Shown: positions 20,625-31,872, counted from the first letter of the stretch. The stretch is DNA of 64,000 bases from Faecousia sp. (GCA_051867135.1 JBJDYH010000223.1:11597-75596); one strand, 5' to 3'. The notes: generated by a model not told the origin, from the sequence alone. A program made the numbers and translations.

Positions 20625-23600
20625 TTCCCCCTTCCACCGCAGCCGACTCCGCTACTTCTTCGTCAGAAGATGCCGGGGCCTGCTGAGCCTGCTCTGATTC
20701 CCCGTCCGGCAGCTCCGGCTCCGGGGAGCCGGACTGGGTGGCTTCCGTGTCTTCGCCGCCGTCAGCGGAAACAGCCCCAGTATCAACGGTTATATCCGTG
20801 GCTTCAACGGATACATCCCCGCCGTCAACGGTAATCTCACCATCATCGCCGGTATCGCCATCCACCGTGATATCGCTTTCACTACCGATAATGGCAAATT
20901 CCGTATGTCCGGTGACCTTGATATTGGTTACGGAAATCAGACTGCTGGTGGCCTCAATTTGGAAAGTAGCCATCTGGACGGTAACGGAGTTGCCTTCCCC
21001 GTCCAGCTCCTCCCGGTATGTAATATCGGCATAGGAGGCGATATCATAGTAGCAGTCGGTAGTGTTGACGATGCTCAGCGTCGTGCCGTTGATGCTTACG
21101 CTGCCGCTGCCCACAGGCGCCTTGATGCCAAGATACACATAGCGCTTGCTGGCATCCCAATTATCCAGAGTGAAGGTGACGCTCTGGCCGTTATTCAGGT
21201 AGACCTCTTCCTTGGGGCCGAAGCTGATGTAATCAGCCGCGGAAATCATTTCCCCGTTACTGTCGGTAAAGAGGACAAAGCCGCTGCCGTCCTTCCAGTC
21301 AATCCCGTTCTCGGTTTCTACGGTATCATCCGCAATCAGCTTATCCCGCAGAGTGACCACCGCGCAGTGGGCTTCCCTATCCTGAGCGTAGGCGTTCTGG
21401 GCACCGGAATAGTTGTTATTTTCGCTGGAAATGGGCGAGTAAACCCGGATACCGTCCAGCCAGAACTCCGGGCCGCGACTCCATGTGCCGTCGCTCCTTT
21501 TAAGCGCTTTTACCACGGTTACATCCACACGGTAATGTCCGTAATTGGTGGGATCGCCTTGCTCTGTTGTAAAGGAAAACAGCGGGATATTATACCATGG
21601 CCCAAATCCGGTTCCATCGGTGGGTCTGTAGATGGTATTGCGTCTAACATTTTCAACGATTTCTTCTGTGTCCAGATTTGTTACCGTTACAATCATGTAG
21701 GCGCTGGTATCCGACATGCGGCCATAGAAGGTGGTGCCGGTTCCGTAGAACTCATAGCTGAAGCTTGCCGCGCCGTTTGTGGTGTTCACATACATACTGG
21801 TGCCGTAGCTGTCGCCGGTATTGTATAGATACGCCGCATCGGAGCCATAGGGGCTGTCGTGGTCATTGCCGATGATGCCAGGCTCCTGGGTATCTGTCTG
21901 GGGCGTGCCAACCCTCTCCCACGCACCGGTGTAGGTTACAAAGGGTTTCTCCTCCGTGCCGAAATTCTCCTCATAGTACATAGAGGTAGCCGGGATGATA
22001 TTCAAAACGCCGGAGCTGGTCACTTCCTGTACTTCCGTACCCGCAGGGTCATACACCTTTACTGTGTAGCTCAGAATCTCGATGTTATCCATGGCTTTGG
22101 TGGGGGTATAAATAAGCTTTGTACCGTCCTCGCTGATTCTCGCCTCGCCAAAGCGGCATTCACTTTCGCCCGTGATGTCTGTGGCAGGGCCTACAGAAAT
22201 AATCTGCACCGTTGCCTGATCGCTGGCTATGACCAAGTCGTTTTGCAGCACATCGATCTCCACCGGCAGGCCGAAGTCAATAACGATGTTATCTCTAACC
22301 GCCGTAACGGAGGGAATTTCCTGATGGGTCAGGGTATTCTGACATACAAACCGCAAAGTGGCATTGCCGATGCTGGTCATCTCCAGAAACGCGATGGAGC
22401 TGGGAGCGTCCTCGGGGTATGCCGTGGAGGACAGATCCGCTTCCTCGGTATGGATTTCAGAATTGGTGTTGGTGCTGACACTCCATTGGGGGTTTTCCCA
22501 TTGACGAACATTATTGACCCAGATGTCGTCATAGTCCTCCACCACCAAATAGCCTGTCTCGCCGTCAAACACGATGTCATCAGAAAAACGGGCGGTGTGG
22601 TTATTTTTCAGCACGAAATGCCCGTCGTCGGTGGTGGTACCGGTGCCTACGGCAGAGCCTCGGGCATCCAGCACAGTATAGTCCATACCGGCAGCCGGGA
22701 TATACAGGTACTGGGGCTGGGTGTTATCCTGCGCGTAATCCGGATTCACTTCATACCGGTACAGCTTCATGCCAAACTCGGTGTTGTTGATCGTTGTCAT
22801 CAGATCGTCCGAGAGCGTTTCTCCAGCGCTGCATTGCTCGCTGACCTGCTTCGTTATCTCAAGCTGGTTATCCGTGGGGACATTGAAGTGCAGCTCCAGA
22901 TTGGAGGAGCCTGCGCCCCGCTCCAGGTAGTAAATGGTCAGCTCGTGGTACTTGTTGGCGGAGAAGGAGGCGCGGGTCTGATTGAGCAAGCCCTCACCCT
23001 CATCATCGTTAAAAATCTTTCCGCTGAGGGCCGCGCCATTGACATCAGCGGCAGCCGCCGCATCAGTCCGCTGATCGACCTTATCGATAATCCAGGTGTT
23101 GTCCGCAAAGTTTAGCCTGCCGGTCATGGCATTACGGATACCACCCATGTCCAGCACCAGCGTGCCATCCAGAAATACCCACACATCATCGTCCCCGGAA
23201 AATTCAAACAGCAGCGGATCGGAATTATCGTTATCCGCTTCCATCCGTCCGTTTTCCGTTATGATAATCGGGAAAACTGCCCGCATACCGAAGTAGAAAT
23301 TGGGATTGGTGGCGCTGTCTCCATCGTTAAACGGGAAGAAGCCGGTGGTCATTCCATCCGCGCCAACTGCCGGGACAGACTGCGCATCTCCATCTACCAG
23401 ATTGGTGTTGCTTTTTCCCTCGCCGCCAGAAAAATAAGCGCCGCGGGCTGTCAGCGTAATGCCTGTCCCCTCGTCTGTTTTGTCGAAAGTACTAAAGGTG
23501 TAGTAGCCGGTATCCGGGTGGTAATACAGCGGAAAACCCACATTGGTATACACGCTTTTATTGCTGGTATCCAAGGTGAACAGCCCCGGCTCCATGTATG

Positions 23601-24813
23601 CAAACTGGATCATCTTGTTGCTGTCCAGTTGGTTTTCAACCAGACCGCTGTATGTTCGGTTGCCGTTATTGCCTCCCTTTCCGGTCCAGTTGTTATGCCC
23701 GGCATAGGTTAAAGAGCCTGTGGTGCCGGTTCCGTACCCCACTTCCTCTGTTGCTTTATACAGATAGAAAGCGCAGCCGGCATCATCCGAATAGACACCA
23801 AAGATGGTGCTGCTGCCTCCGCCCCACTGGTTGAGGTAGCCACCGTTGCCATTGCCAATAATCAGCGCGTCCGAATACGCGCTGAGGCTGCTTTGCCGCA
23901 GCAGCACCGAGGTCTGTGTAGAATTGAAGCTTTCTCCGGATTGACTGTTGGTAACGCCTGCCTGAATACCCAAGTAATTGCCGTCGGCGCTTTGCACATA
24001 GTAATAGCCGTCCGTATCAGCGGCTGTAATCGTCCAGACGGCAGCGCCATTGGCGGTGCATTTATTGTCTCCCGCCGCAGCAGCGGCAATACCGGTAATG
24101 CTGCTGCTTTCGGAATTTCCCACAAGCGCCAAATTGCTCCGAACATTCACAAGGATGTAGGTTGCGCCAGCCTCCAGCACCGAAGCATCCAGATATCCGT
24201 TTGCGTCAAAGGAGAGCGCCACTTTTTCGTAGACCGGTGTTGCCTGGCTTTTGTCCGTATAGGTAAAGATGTCACTATCCAGCCCACCGCCGAAATAAAT
24301 GCCATTCCATCCGGTCAAACCGCTGATCCCTGCTTCGATGGCAAGGGCAGCATCCACCTCAAGCTGATGCGTTGCATTGTTGATGACCGACTGGTCATAG
24401 TCATACAGCGTTACCGGGAAATAGCGCAGCACAGGCTCAGCGTTAGGATAGACAGCGCCGTCATCCGTTCCGGTATCGTCATCAGTCAGTACATCTGCAC
24501 CAGATTCGTCGGTTGCCGGTTCGTCTGCCCCAGACTCGTCGGCCGCCGTTATTTCTCTTGCTTCCAGCTCGCTGGAGGCCGGTTCCTGAGTATCGGTTTC
24601 TTCTGTCGCAAGTGCGCCGGACTCAGGGGTTACCGCCGGACTGTCATTTGTCTCCTGCAAGGTTGTCTCCGTCTCCAAAGGCGTGGTTACGCTAGTATAC
24701 AGCTGGGAATCCGATATATCATCTGAAGAGGCCAGGTTGGCGGCAGCAGCCGTGCTAGCAATTATAGCCGCCGCAGTTGTCAGCGACAGGGCCTTCTGAA
24801 GCCATACTTTCAT
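20617..24813 (-). CDS. Large secreted protein with fibro-slime/PA14 domain and Ig-like repeats
   Basis: Signal peptide; FEFSGDDDVWVFLDGTLVLDMGGI and YYLERGAGSSN fibro-slime motifs; IDVLQND cadherin-like strand; acidic tail. Confidence 0.85.
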   Translation of the reverse strand: MKVWLQKALSLTTAAAIIASTAAAANLASSDDISDSQLYTSVTTPLETETTLQETNDSPAVTPESGALATEETDTQEPASSELEAREITAADESGADEPATDESGADVLTDDDTGTDDGAVYPNAEPVLRYFPVTLYDYDQSVINNATHQLEVDAALAIEAGISGLTGWNGIYFGGGLDSDIFTYTDKSQATPVYEKVALSFDANGYLDASVLEAGATYILVNVRSNLALVGNSESSSITGIAAAAAGDNKCTANGAAVWTITAADTDGYYYVQSADGNYLGIQAGVTNSQSGESFNSTQTSVLLRQSSLSAYSDALIIGNGNGGYLNQWGGGSSTIFGVYSDDAGCAFYLYKATEEVGYGTGTTGSLTYAGHNNWTGKGGNNGNRTYSGLVENQLDSNKMIQFAYMEPGLFTLDTSNKSVYTNVGFPLYYHPDTGYYTFSTFDKTDEGTGITLTARGAYFSGGEGKSNTNLVDGDAQSVPAVGADGMTTGFFPFNDGDSATNPNFYFGMRAVFPIIITENGRMEADNDNSDPLLFEFSGDDDVWVFLDGTLVLDMGGIRNAMTGRLNFADNTWIIDKVDQRTDAAAAADVNGAALSGKIFNDDEGEGLLNQTRASFSANKYHELTIYYLERGAGSSNLELHFNVPTDNQLEITKQVSEQCSAGETLSDDLMTTINNTEFGMKLYRYEVNPDYAQDNTQPQYLYIPAAGMDYTVLDARGSAVGTGTTTDDGHFVLKNNHTARFSDDIVFDGETGYLVVEDYDDIWVNNVRQWENPQWSVSTNTNSEIHTEEADLSSTAYPEDAPSSIAFLEMTSIGNATLRFVCQNTLTHQEIPSVTAVRDNIVIDFGLPVEIDVLQNDLVIASDQATVQIISVGPATDITGESECRFGEARISEDGTKLIYTPTKAMDNIEILSYTVKVYDPAGTEVQEVTSSGVLNIIPATSMYYEENFGTEEKPFVTYTGAWERVGTPQTDTQEPGIIGNDHDSPYGSDAAYLYNTGDSYGTSMYVNTTNGAASFSYEFYGTGTTFYGRMSDTSAYMIVTVTNLDTEEIVENVRRNTIYRPTDGTGFGPWYNIPLFSFTTEQGDPTNYGHYRVDVTVVKALKRSDGTWSRGPEFWLDGIRVYSPISSENNNYSGAQNAYAQDREAHCAVVTLRDKLIADDTVETENGIDWKDGSGFVLFTDSNGEMISAADYISFGPKEEVYLNNGQSVTFTLDNWDASKRYVYLGIKAPVGSGSVSINGTTLSIVNTTDCYYDIASYADITYREELDGEGNSVTVQMATFQIEATSSLISVTNIKVTGHTEFAIIGSESDITVDGDTGDDGEITVDGGDVSVEATDITVDTGAVSADGGEDTEATQSGSPEPELPDGESEQAQQAPASSDEEVAESAAVEGGSV

Positions 24814-25174
24814 CTCTCATCCTCCACTCTTCTATATTTATAATGAAATAACATTATAAAATTGCAAAGTATTACAATATCGTTATTTATTTGCTTAAAA
24901 TAACACCATTCTATTTGTTATGCAACACAAGAATCCTTTTTTTTACATATTTTTTACTTCTTTTTTCGTGCCTGATGGAGCTCTGTTTGCACATATAGCT
25001 TTCCTGATACAGCATAGCACACAGGGCGTGACAAACCAGTTACAAATCCAACTTTTCTGCAAAATATTTACATATTGACCAATATTCGTAGATTTTCGAC
25101 CCGGATTGTGCTATAATAATCACCCATTCAGTTTTCAAATCCGCTGCCGACATATACAGAAAGCAGGTGTCGCC

Positions 25175-26986
25175 ATGACCGATTCTCATAAAGAGGTTCC
25201 TACAAAAGCAGCCTCCCGTTTTAACAAAGTTTCCATAATGATATACGCCGCTGCGGGAGTGGCATTAATTGTATTGCTATTATCCCTATCCATAATGGAG
25301 AACCTCTTAGTGCAGGACAGTCAGGGAAACAAAAGCTTTACCGTGGTGAATGACTATGTCTGCCGGGAGCTTGACCGGGACGACACTCCCATAGGTGTAA
25401 TCAAAGAATACACCATCCCCATAAGCCCGACCCTGAACCACGACACCCATCTGGCCTTTTACACCGTTCACCAATATGTGGATGTTTATATAGACGCAGA
25501 GCTGGTTTACAGCCTGCACCCCTCCGAGGCACGCAAAATCACCAAGACCGTGGGCAGCAACTGGACTTTGATACCCCTTTGCAGCAGCAACGCCGGAAAA
25601 GAAGTCCGCATTGAGATCACCCCTGTGTATGAGCGTTTCCGGGACAGAGAAGTGGAATTTCTGATTGGCTCCCCGCTTGGCATTTATGTGAATCTTCTGT
25701 ACAAAGACCTTCCCGAGATTGCTTTGAGTTTCATAACCATTTTAGTGGGCATTGTTTTTCTCTTTCTGGCCGGCAGTAATCTGCTTAGAAAACGCAACGG
25801 CACGAATCTGGCAGCCATCAGCCTCTACTCCATCATGCTGGGACTTTGGCGGCTGACCGATTCCAGATTTGTGGCTCTACTATTTCCCGGCAAGCCTGTG
25901 CTTTTGTTTTATATCTCTTTAGGTATGATGATGCTGGGCTTTGTGCCGTTCATTATGGCCCTGGAGGATCATTTTAACAAAAACAGCCGCTGGGTTTTAC
26001 GCCTGTGCTGCACCGCAACCGCTTTGATATCCCTTGTGCAATTACTGCTGCAAATCTTCGGGATTTTGGATCTGCACGAAAACGTGTTTGCCATTTCTAC
26101 CATAATCGCCGTTGACGCCATCATTCTCATTGTCAGTTCGGTATACGACCAGCTCAAATATAAGCGAAACCGGGAAATCAATTTTGGCAGAAAACTCGCC
26201 CTTCTTCTGGTGGCGGGTATTCTGGCAGACGCGGTCACCTATTATGTCAAAGGCAATTCCTCCGGCCTGCTGTTCTCCCTGCTGGCCATGCTGATTTACA
26301 TTTTGCATTCCGGCATTGCCATTCTCTTCGGATATGTGGAGCGGGAAATGCAGCTTGCGGAAAAGGACAGGCTGCTGGCAGAAAGTAAGCAGCAGCTAAC
26401 CGAGAGCCGTATTGCTACCATGATCAGCCAAATTCAGCCTCACTTTATTTACAACACTCTGGGCACCATTGAACAGCTCTGCCGGGAAGAGCCGGAAAAG
26501 GCATCTGAGGTAGTACATAGCTTTTCCCTGTACCTACGGGGCAACTTCACCGAGTTGGATAATCCCGCACCCATTCGTCTGTCCAAGGAGATGGAGCATG
26601 TGCGGCACTATACGGATATTGAGAAAGTCCGGTTCCCGGATATGACAATCCAATTCGACCTGCGCTCCAGCGATTTCCTTCTGCCTGCCCTGTCAGTTCA
26701 GCCGCTGGTGGAAAACGCCATTAAGCATGGCCTAATGGGGCTGGAAAGCGGCGGCACGGTCACAGTCAGCACCTATGAAACCAGCACCGACTACTGTGTA
26801 AGTGTGGTAGACGACGGAGTGGGCTTCGATCCCGCCGTGCTGCAAAATACGGACAAACACATCGGTATCCGCAATATTCGCGGGCGTCTGGAAGCCACCT
26901 GCGGCGGAACGCTGACCGTGGACAGTACCCCCGGCAAGGGTACCACCGCCCTGATTCAAATACCAAAAGAGGAAGAAACAACATGA
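25175..26986 (+). CDS. LytS/YesM-type membrane histidine kinase
   Basis: Multiple TMs, SQIQPHFIYNTL, QPLVENAIKHG, DDGVGF, GTTALI. Confidence 0.92.
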   Translation: MTDSHKEVPTKAASRFNKVSIMIYAAAGVALIVLLLSLSIMENLLVQDSQGNKSFTVVNDYVCRELDRDDTPIGVIKEYTIPISPTLNHDTHLAFYTVHQYVDVYIDAELVYSLHPSEARKITKTVGSNWTLIPLCSSNAGKEVRIEITPVYERFRDREVEFLIGSPLGIYVNLLYKDLPEIALSFITILVGIVFLFLAGSNLLRKRNGTNLAAISLYSIMLGLWRLTDSRFVALLFPGKPVLLFYISLGMMMLGFVPFIMALEDHFNKNSRWVLRLCCTATALISLVQLLLQIFGILDLHENVFAISTIIAVDAIILIVSSVYDQLKYKRNREINFGRKLALLLVAGILADAVTYYVKGNSSGLLFSLLAMLIYILHSGIAILFGYVEREMQLAEKDRLLAESKQQLTESRIATMISQIQPHFIYNTLGTIEQLCREEPEKASEVVHSFSLYLRGNFTELDNPAPIRLSKEMEHVRHYTDIEKVRFPDMTIQFDLRSSDFLLPALSVQPLVENAIKHGLMGLESGGTVTVSTYETSTDYCVSVVDDGVGFDPAVLQNTDKHIGIRNIRGRLEATCGGTLTVDSTPGKGTTALIQIPKEEETT

Positions 26987-27756
26987 TTGCAATTACCGTA
27001 GATGATGAACGCCCCATGCTCACAGCCCTGACCGCAGCAGTATCCGCCTCTCCTGACATTGCCGCGGTAACGGAGTTTCGTAGCTGCACCTCCGCTCTGG
27101 AATGGGTGGCTGCAAATCCTCTTGACATTGCCTTTTTGGATATCAGTATGCGTGGCATGGGTGGTCTGGTGCTGGCCGAGAATATCATCCAGCTCCGCCC
27201 GGACTGCAAAATCATTTTCTGCACAGGCTTTTCCAAATACGCGCTGGACGCCATCCAGCTCCATGTTTCCGGCTATCTGATGAAGCCTATCACCGCCGAA
27301 GCGGTACAGAAAGAAATCGACCATATCAAAGGGGAGAAAGCAAAGGAAAAACTGCTGACTGTTAAATGCTTCGGCAATTTTGAAGCCCTGTTCCAGGGGG
27401 AAATGCTGCACTTCAAGCGTTCCCGGTCAAAGGAACTGCTGGCGGTGCTGGTTGACCGCAACGGTGCCGGCATAACCGGCAAGCAAATCTGCGCCGTCAT
27501 GTGGCCGGACAGTACCTCCGACAATAAAAATATGAACTATCTGCACCAGCTTTTCAGCGATTTGCGCAACGCTTTACAATTAGCCGGTGCTGAATCCCTG
27601 CTCCTGCAAAGCGGATACAGCTATTACCTGGACACCCGGCGGATCGACTGTGACTATTACCGCTTCCTGCAAACCGGCAAGCCGGAATTTCACGGCGAAT
27701 ACATGACGCAGTATAGTTGGGCGGAGAACACCTGCGCTTTGCTATGGCGCAAATAA
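26983..27756 (+). CDS. Response regulator with winged-helix (SARP-like) output
   Basis: VDDE, FLDISM, KP receiver motifs; VKCFGNFE..SKELLAVL output domain. Confidence 0.9.
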   Translation: MIAITVDDERPMLTALTAAVSASPDIAAVTEFRSCTSALEWVAANPLDIAFLDISMRGMGGLVLAENIIQLRPDCKIIFCTGFSKYALDAIQLHVSGYLMKPITAEAVQKEIDHIKGEKAKEKLLTVKCFGNFEALFQGEMLHFKRSRSKELLAVLVDRNGAGITGKQICAVMWPDSTSDNKNMNYLHQLFSDLRNALQLAGAESLLLQSGYSYYLDTRRIDCDYYRFLQTGKPEFHGEYMTQYSWAENTCALLWRK

Positions 27757-27813
27757 ATAGCAAAAAGCACAGCTGTAAAAGATTATTTCACACTTGGATG
27801 GAGGAAACATGAG

Positions 27814-29532
27814 ATGTCAGACTTGAAACGGTATCTGCGGCCCTACTATGGCTATATTGCATTGACTATGATTATCAAGCTGGCAGGCGCGGTGATGGAA
27901 CTGCTGATCCCAAACCTGATGGAAATCATTCTGGATGAAAAGGTTCCGGCGGGAGACAAACGCAGCATTTTCCTCTTCGGTGGGCTGATGCTGCTGTGCG
28001 CTTTTGCCTGTCTTGGTTTCAATATCTGGGCAAACCGGATGAGCGCCGTCAGCTCCGGAAAAATCACCCGGGCCATTCGCCATGACCTGTTCCAGAAGCT
28101 GGAGGGTCTTTCTGCCCGGCAGCTTGACGAACTGACGGTATCCTCCGCCGAATCCCGGCTCACCAGCGATACCTATAACATCAACCAGATGCTAGCCAGG
28201 ATTCAGCGCATGGGCATCCGGGCTCCAATTCTGCTCATCGGCGGCGTGGCCATGATGCTGGGCATGGACGCGCCTCTGGCCCTTGTGCTGATCTGCCTGC
28301 TGCCCATTATCGCGGTGGTGGTGTATTTCGTCACAAAAACCAGCGTACCGCTGTATACCCGGCAGCAGACGGTGCTGGACAAGGTGGTTCGGACGGTGCA
28401 GGAGAATATCACCGGCATCCGGGTCATCAAGGCCCTGAGCAAGACCGAGTATGAAAAAGGAAGGTTTCGTTCCGTCAACGAGGAGTTGACCGCCGTTGAC
28501 CAGAAAGCCGGTGTCATTACCGCAATCACCAACCCCAGCGCGACGCTGACGCTGAATCTGGGGCTTACTCTGGTGGTAGTCATCGGCGCTTTCCGGGTCA
28601 ACAGCGGAGCCTGCAAAAGCGGCGTCATCGTGGCCTTTCTGCAATACTTCACCATGATCCTCAACGCCATGTTGGGTATCACCAAGATATTTGTCATGTG
28701 GTCCAAGGGCACAGCCAGCGCCCGGCGGGTGGCTCAGGTGCTGGAGACCCCGGAGGATCTGACGGTATTGCCCGCCCAGACCCCGGAGGACGATGCGCCC
28801 CATATTGAGTTCCGGGATGTGACCTTCTCCTACACCGGCGTGGGCACCAATCTTGAGCATCTCTCTTTCAAGCTGGAACACGGCCAGACTTTGGGCATTT
28901 TAGGCCCCACAGGCTCCGGAAAATCCACCATCGTGAACCTTCTGCTCCGGCTGTATGATCCGGATCAGGGGCAGATTCTTCTGGACGGCAGGGATATTCG
29001 GACGATTCCCCGGGAGGAACTACGGCAGAAATTCGGTGTTGTGTTCCAGAACGATTTTCTTATGGAGGGAACCATTGCCGGAAATCTGCGGTTTTTCCGG
29101 GATATTCCCGACAAAGCCATCCAAAAGGCAGCGGAAGACGCGCAAGCATCCTTCATTTCGGAAAAGGAAGGGGGCATGGAGGCCCGGGTCATGGTTCGGG
29201 GCAATAATCTCTCCGGCGGTCAGAAGCAGCGGCTGCTCATCGGCCGGGCTCTGGCATCCAACCCTGAAATTCTGGTGCTGGACGATGCCTCCTCAGCTCT
29301 GGACTACCGCACCGATGCCAACCTGCGCCGGGCTCTGCGGCAGAACTACCGGGATACCACCACGGTGGTGGTGGCCCAGCGGATCAGCTCTCTGCGCCAC
29401 GCTGACCTGATTCTGGTGCTCTCCGACGGTGCCGTCATCGGCGCAGGCAGCCACGAACAGCTTATGAAAAGCTGCGAGGAATACCGCCAGATTGCCCAAA
29501 TCCAGATGGGCAGCGGAAAGGAGGGAGCCTGA
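27814..29532 (+). CDS. Heterodimeric ABC exporter subunit (TMD+NBD)
   Basis: [17 protein letters not shown], degenerate LDDASSALD. Confidence 0.93.
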   Translation: MSDLKRYLRPYYGYIALTMIIKLAGAVMELLIPNLMEIILDEKVPAGDKRSIFLFGGLMLLCAFACLGFNIWANRMSAVSSGKITRAIRHDLFQKLEGLSARQLDELTVSSAESRLTSDTYNINQMLARIQRMGIRAPILLIGGVAMMLGMDAPLALVLICLLPIIAVVVYFVTKTSVPLYTRQQTVLDKVVRTVQENITGIRVIKALSKTEYEKGRFRSVNEELTAVDQKAGVITAITNPSATLTLNLGLTLVVVIGAFRVNSGACKSGVIVAFLQYFTMILNAMLGITKIFVMWSKGTASARRVAQVLETPEDLTVLPAQTPEDDAPHIEFRDVTFSYTGVGTNLEHLSFKLEHGQTLGILGPTGSGKSTIVNLLLRLYDPDQGQILLDGRDIRTIPREELRQKFGVVFQNDFLMEGTIAGNLRFFRDIPDKAIQKAAEDAQASFISEKEGGMEARVMVRGNNLSGGQKQRLLIGRALASNPEILVLDDASSALDYRTDANLRRALRQNYRDTTTVVVAQRISSLRHADLILVLSDGAVIGAGSHEQLMKSCEEYRQIAQIQMGSGKEGA

Positions 29533-31361
29533 TGGCGAATCCCAACCTGATTGGCGGCGGCCGCTACACCCGCTCCGAAGCCAGCGGCGACAAGCGCCAT
29601 TTTTCCAACACCCCCCTGAACAAGGGAAAGATTCTTCTCCGGCTGTGGCGGTATCTGGGCCGGAACCGGGTGCTGCTGGCGCTGGCGCTGGTGCTGTCCG
29701 TCACCAGCAGCCTGCTGTCGCTGTACGGCCCCAAGCTCTCCGGCCGGGCCATCAACGCCATTGATGTGGGGACAGGGCAGGTGGATTTTGACACGGTGTT
29801 CCGCTGCGCCGCCCTGATGGCAATATTCTATGTCTGCTCTGCCATCCTGACCTATCTTCTGAACGTGGTGATGATTCGCCTCTCCCGCCGGGTGTCCAAG
29901 CAGATGCGCCACGATGTATTTGAGAATCTGACTGCCCTTCCCGTGGGCTTTTTCGACCGGTATCAGACCGGCGATATCATCAGCACCATTACCTACGATG
30001 TGGACACGGTGAACCAGTCCCTGTCCTCGGACTTGTTGCAGCTTTTGCAGAGTGCCGTAACGGTGACGGTGTCCTTCATCATGATGCTGACCATTGCCCC
30101 GGCGCTGGTGCTGATCTTCGTGGTGACCATTCCGGTGACGGTGCTGTTTACCAAGTGGCTGACAGGCCGCGTGCGGCCCCTGTTCCGGCGACGCAGCGCA
30201 AAGCTTGGGCAGCTGAACGGCTTTGTGGAAGAAATGCTCTCCGGCCAGAAAACCGTCCGGGCATACGGCCGGGAAAAAGCGGTGCTGGATTGCTTTGACG
30301 AAAAGAACGGTGCGGCGGTGGATGCCTACACCGTGGCGGAAGCCTATGGCACCGTCACGGGCCCCTCCGTCAACTGCATCAACAACGTTTCTTTGGCTCT
30401 CGTATGCGTGTTTGGCTCCCTGCTGTTTTTGCGGGGAAGCATCGGCCTGGGAGACCTCTCCAGCTTCGTCCAGTATTCCCGGAAATTCTCCGGGCCCATC
30501 AACGAGGCTGCCAACATCATTTCCGAACTGCAGAGCGCCTTCGCTGCAGCGGAGCGGGTGTTTGGCCTGATCGACGCGGAGCCCGAAGCCCCGGACGCGC
30601 CGGATGCACGCGTGCTGGAAGCCGTTCAAGGGGATGTGGAGCTGCGGGATGTGGACTTTTCCTATGTTCCCGGCACGCCCATCATCCAGAACCTGAATCT
30701 GCACGCGGAGCCCGGCAGCCTGACGGCCATCGTAGGCCCCACCGGCGCTGGCAAGACCACCATCATCAACCTTCTCATGCGCTTTTACGATGTGGACAGC
30801 GGAGCCGTGTTTGTGGACGGACAGGACATCCGGAGGATTACCCGCTCTTCCCTGCGCCGATCCTATACCATGGTGCTACAGGACACTTGGCTGTTCCACG
30901 GCACGATTTTTGATAACATCGCCTACGGCAAGCCCGGAGCTACCATGGAGGACGTGGTTAAGGCCGCGAAAGCCGCCCACATCCATTCCTACATTTCCCG
31001 CTTGCCCCAGGGCTATGACACCGTGCTCTCCGACAATGGCACCTCCATCTCCAAGGGACAGAAACAGCTACTTACCATCGCCCGTGCCATGCTTTTGGAC
31101 GCCCATATGCTGATTCTGGACGAGGCCACCTCCAATGTGGACACCCGTACCGAGCTGCAGATTCAGGCGGCCATGCGGCAGCTAATGAAGGGAAAAACCT
31201 GCTTTGTCATTGCCCACCGGCTGTCCACCATCCAGGCGGCAGACCACATTCTGGTGCTTGACCAAGGCAAAGTGGTGGAGCAGGGCAATCACGAGAGCCT
31301 CATGGCCCAAAACGGCTTCTATCGGCGGCTTTACGAATCCCAGTTCGATTCGGCAGGCTAA
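29532..31361 (+). CDS. Heterodimeric ABC exporter subunit (TMD+NBD)
   Basis: GPTGAGKTT, ISKGQKQ, LDEATSNVD, IAHRLST. Confidence 0.93.
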   Translation: MANPNLIGGGRYTRSEASGDKRHFSNTPLNKGKILLRLWRYLGRNRVLLALALVLSVTSSLLSLYGPKLSGRAINAIDVGTGQVDFDTVFRCAALMAIFYVCSAILTYLLNVVMIRLSRRVSKQMRHDVFENLTALPVGFFDRYQTGDIISTITYDVDTVNQSLSSDLLQLLQSAVTVTVSFIMMLTIAPALVLIFVVTIPVTVLFTKWLTGRVRPLFRRRSAKLGQLNGFVEEMLSGQKTVRAYGREKAVLDCFDEKNGAAVDAYTVAEAYGTVTGPSVNCINNVSLALVCVFGSLLFLRGSIGLGDLSSFVQYSRKFSGPINEAANIISELQSAFAAAERVFGLIDAEPEAPDAPDARVLEAVQGDVELRDVDFSYVPGTPIIQNLNLHAEPGSLTAIVGPTGAGKTTIINLLMRFYDVDSGAVFVDGQDIRRITRSSLRRSYTMVLQDTWLFHGTIFDNIAYGKPGATMEDVVKAAKAAHIHSYISRLPQGYDTVLSDNGTSISKGQKQLLTIARAMLLDAHMLILDEATSNVDTRTELQIQAAMRQLMKGKTCFVIAHRLSTIQAADHILVLDQGKVVEQGNHESLMAQNGFYRRLYESQFDSAG

Positions 31362-31635
31362 GAAACGCCGAGCTTGGCGGAATGTTGCGGCAAATCCACA
31401 GCGTAATACCCGGCATAAAAACGGAACGCCCTGCCGAGCATCGGCATCTACGATAATAATTGCCCACTTTCTTTCTGTCAGTTCCCATCATTCCATATTC
31501 ATAAGAAACGCCCAGTACAACCCGAATCCGGGATGTACTGGGCGTTCTCATTACGAACTTTACTGTCCTTGAAATACTCCTGTTGCGCCTTGGATAACTC
31601 CCGGCCTTGGGTATCCAAAGCTTCTCGGGATGTCT

Positions 31636-31872
31636 TTACTGTTCGCTCTCCTGTTCTTCTTCCTGTTTCCGCCGAGAAGATATTTGCAAGCACACTTCGT
31701 AAAGCTGGGCTGGTGTTGCGTCCAGATGGGACTCCATGAACTCTCCCATTTCCAGCATATCCTCGGGAAGCTCCAATTCCGCTACCATTGACAGAACTTG
31801 CAGTTTGCTGCATCCGTATTCTTTCAACAAATGTATGAGCATCTTCTGCTCTTCCGTTAATGACACGCTCAT
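31636..31872 (-). CDS. Nested small acidic protein (+1 frame inside the polyvalent fragment)
   Basis: SD GGAGGAG 7 nt before ATG 31872; aligns with 32182-32379 product. Confidence 0.7.
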   Translation of the reverse strand: MSVSLTEEQKMLIHLLKEYGCSKLQVLSMVAELELPEDMLEMGEFMESHLDATPAQLYEVCLQISSRRKQEEEQESEQ

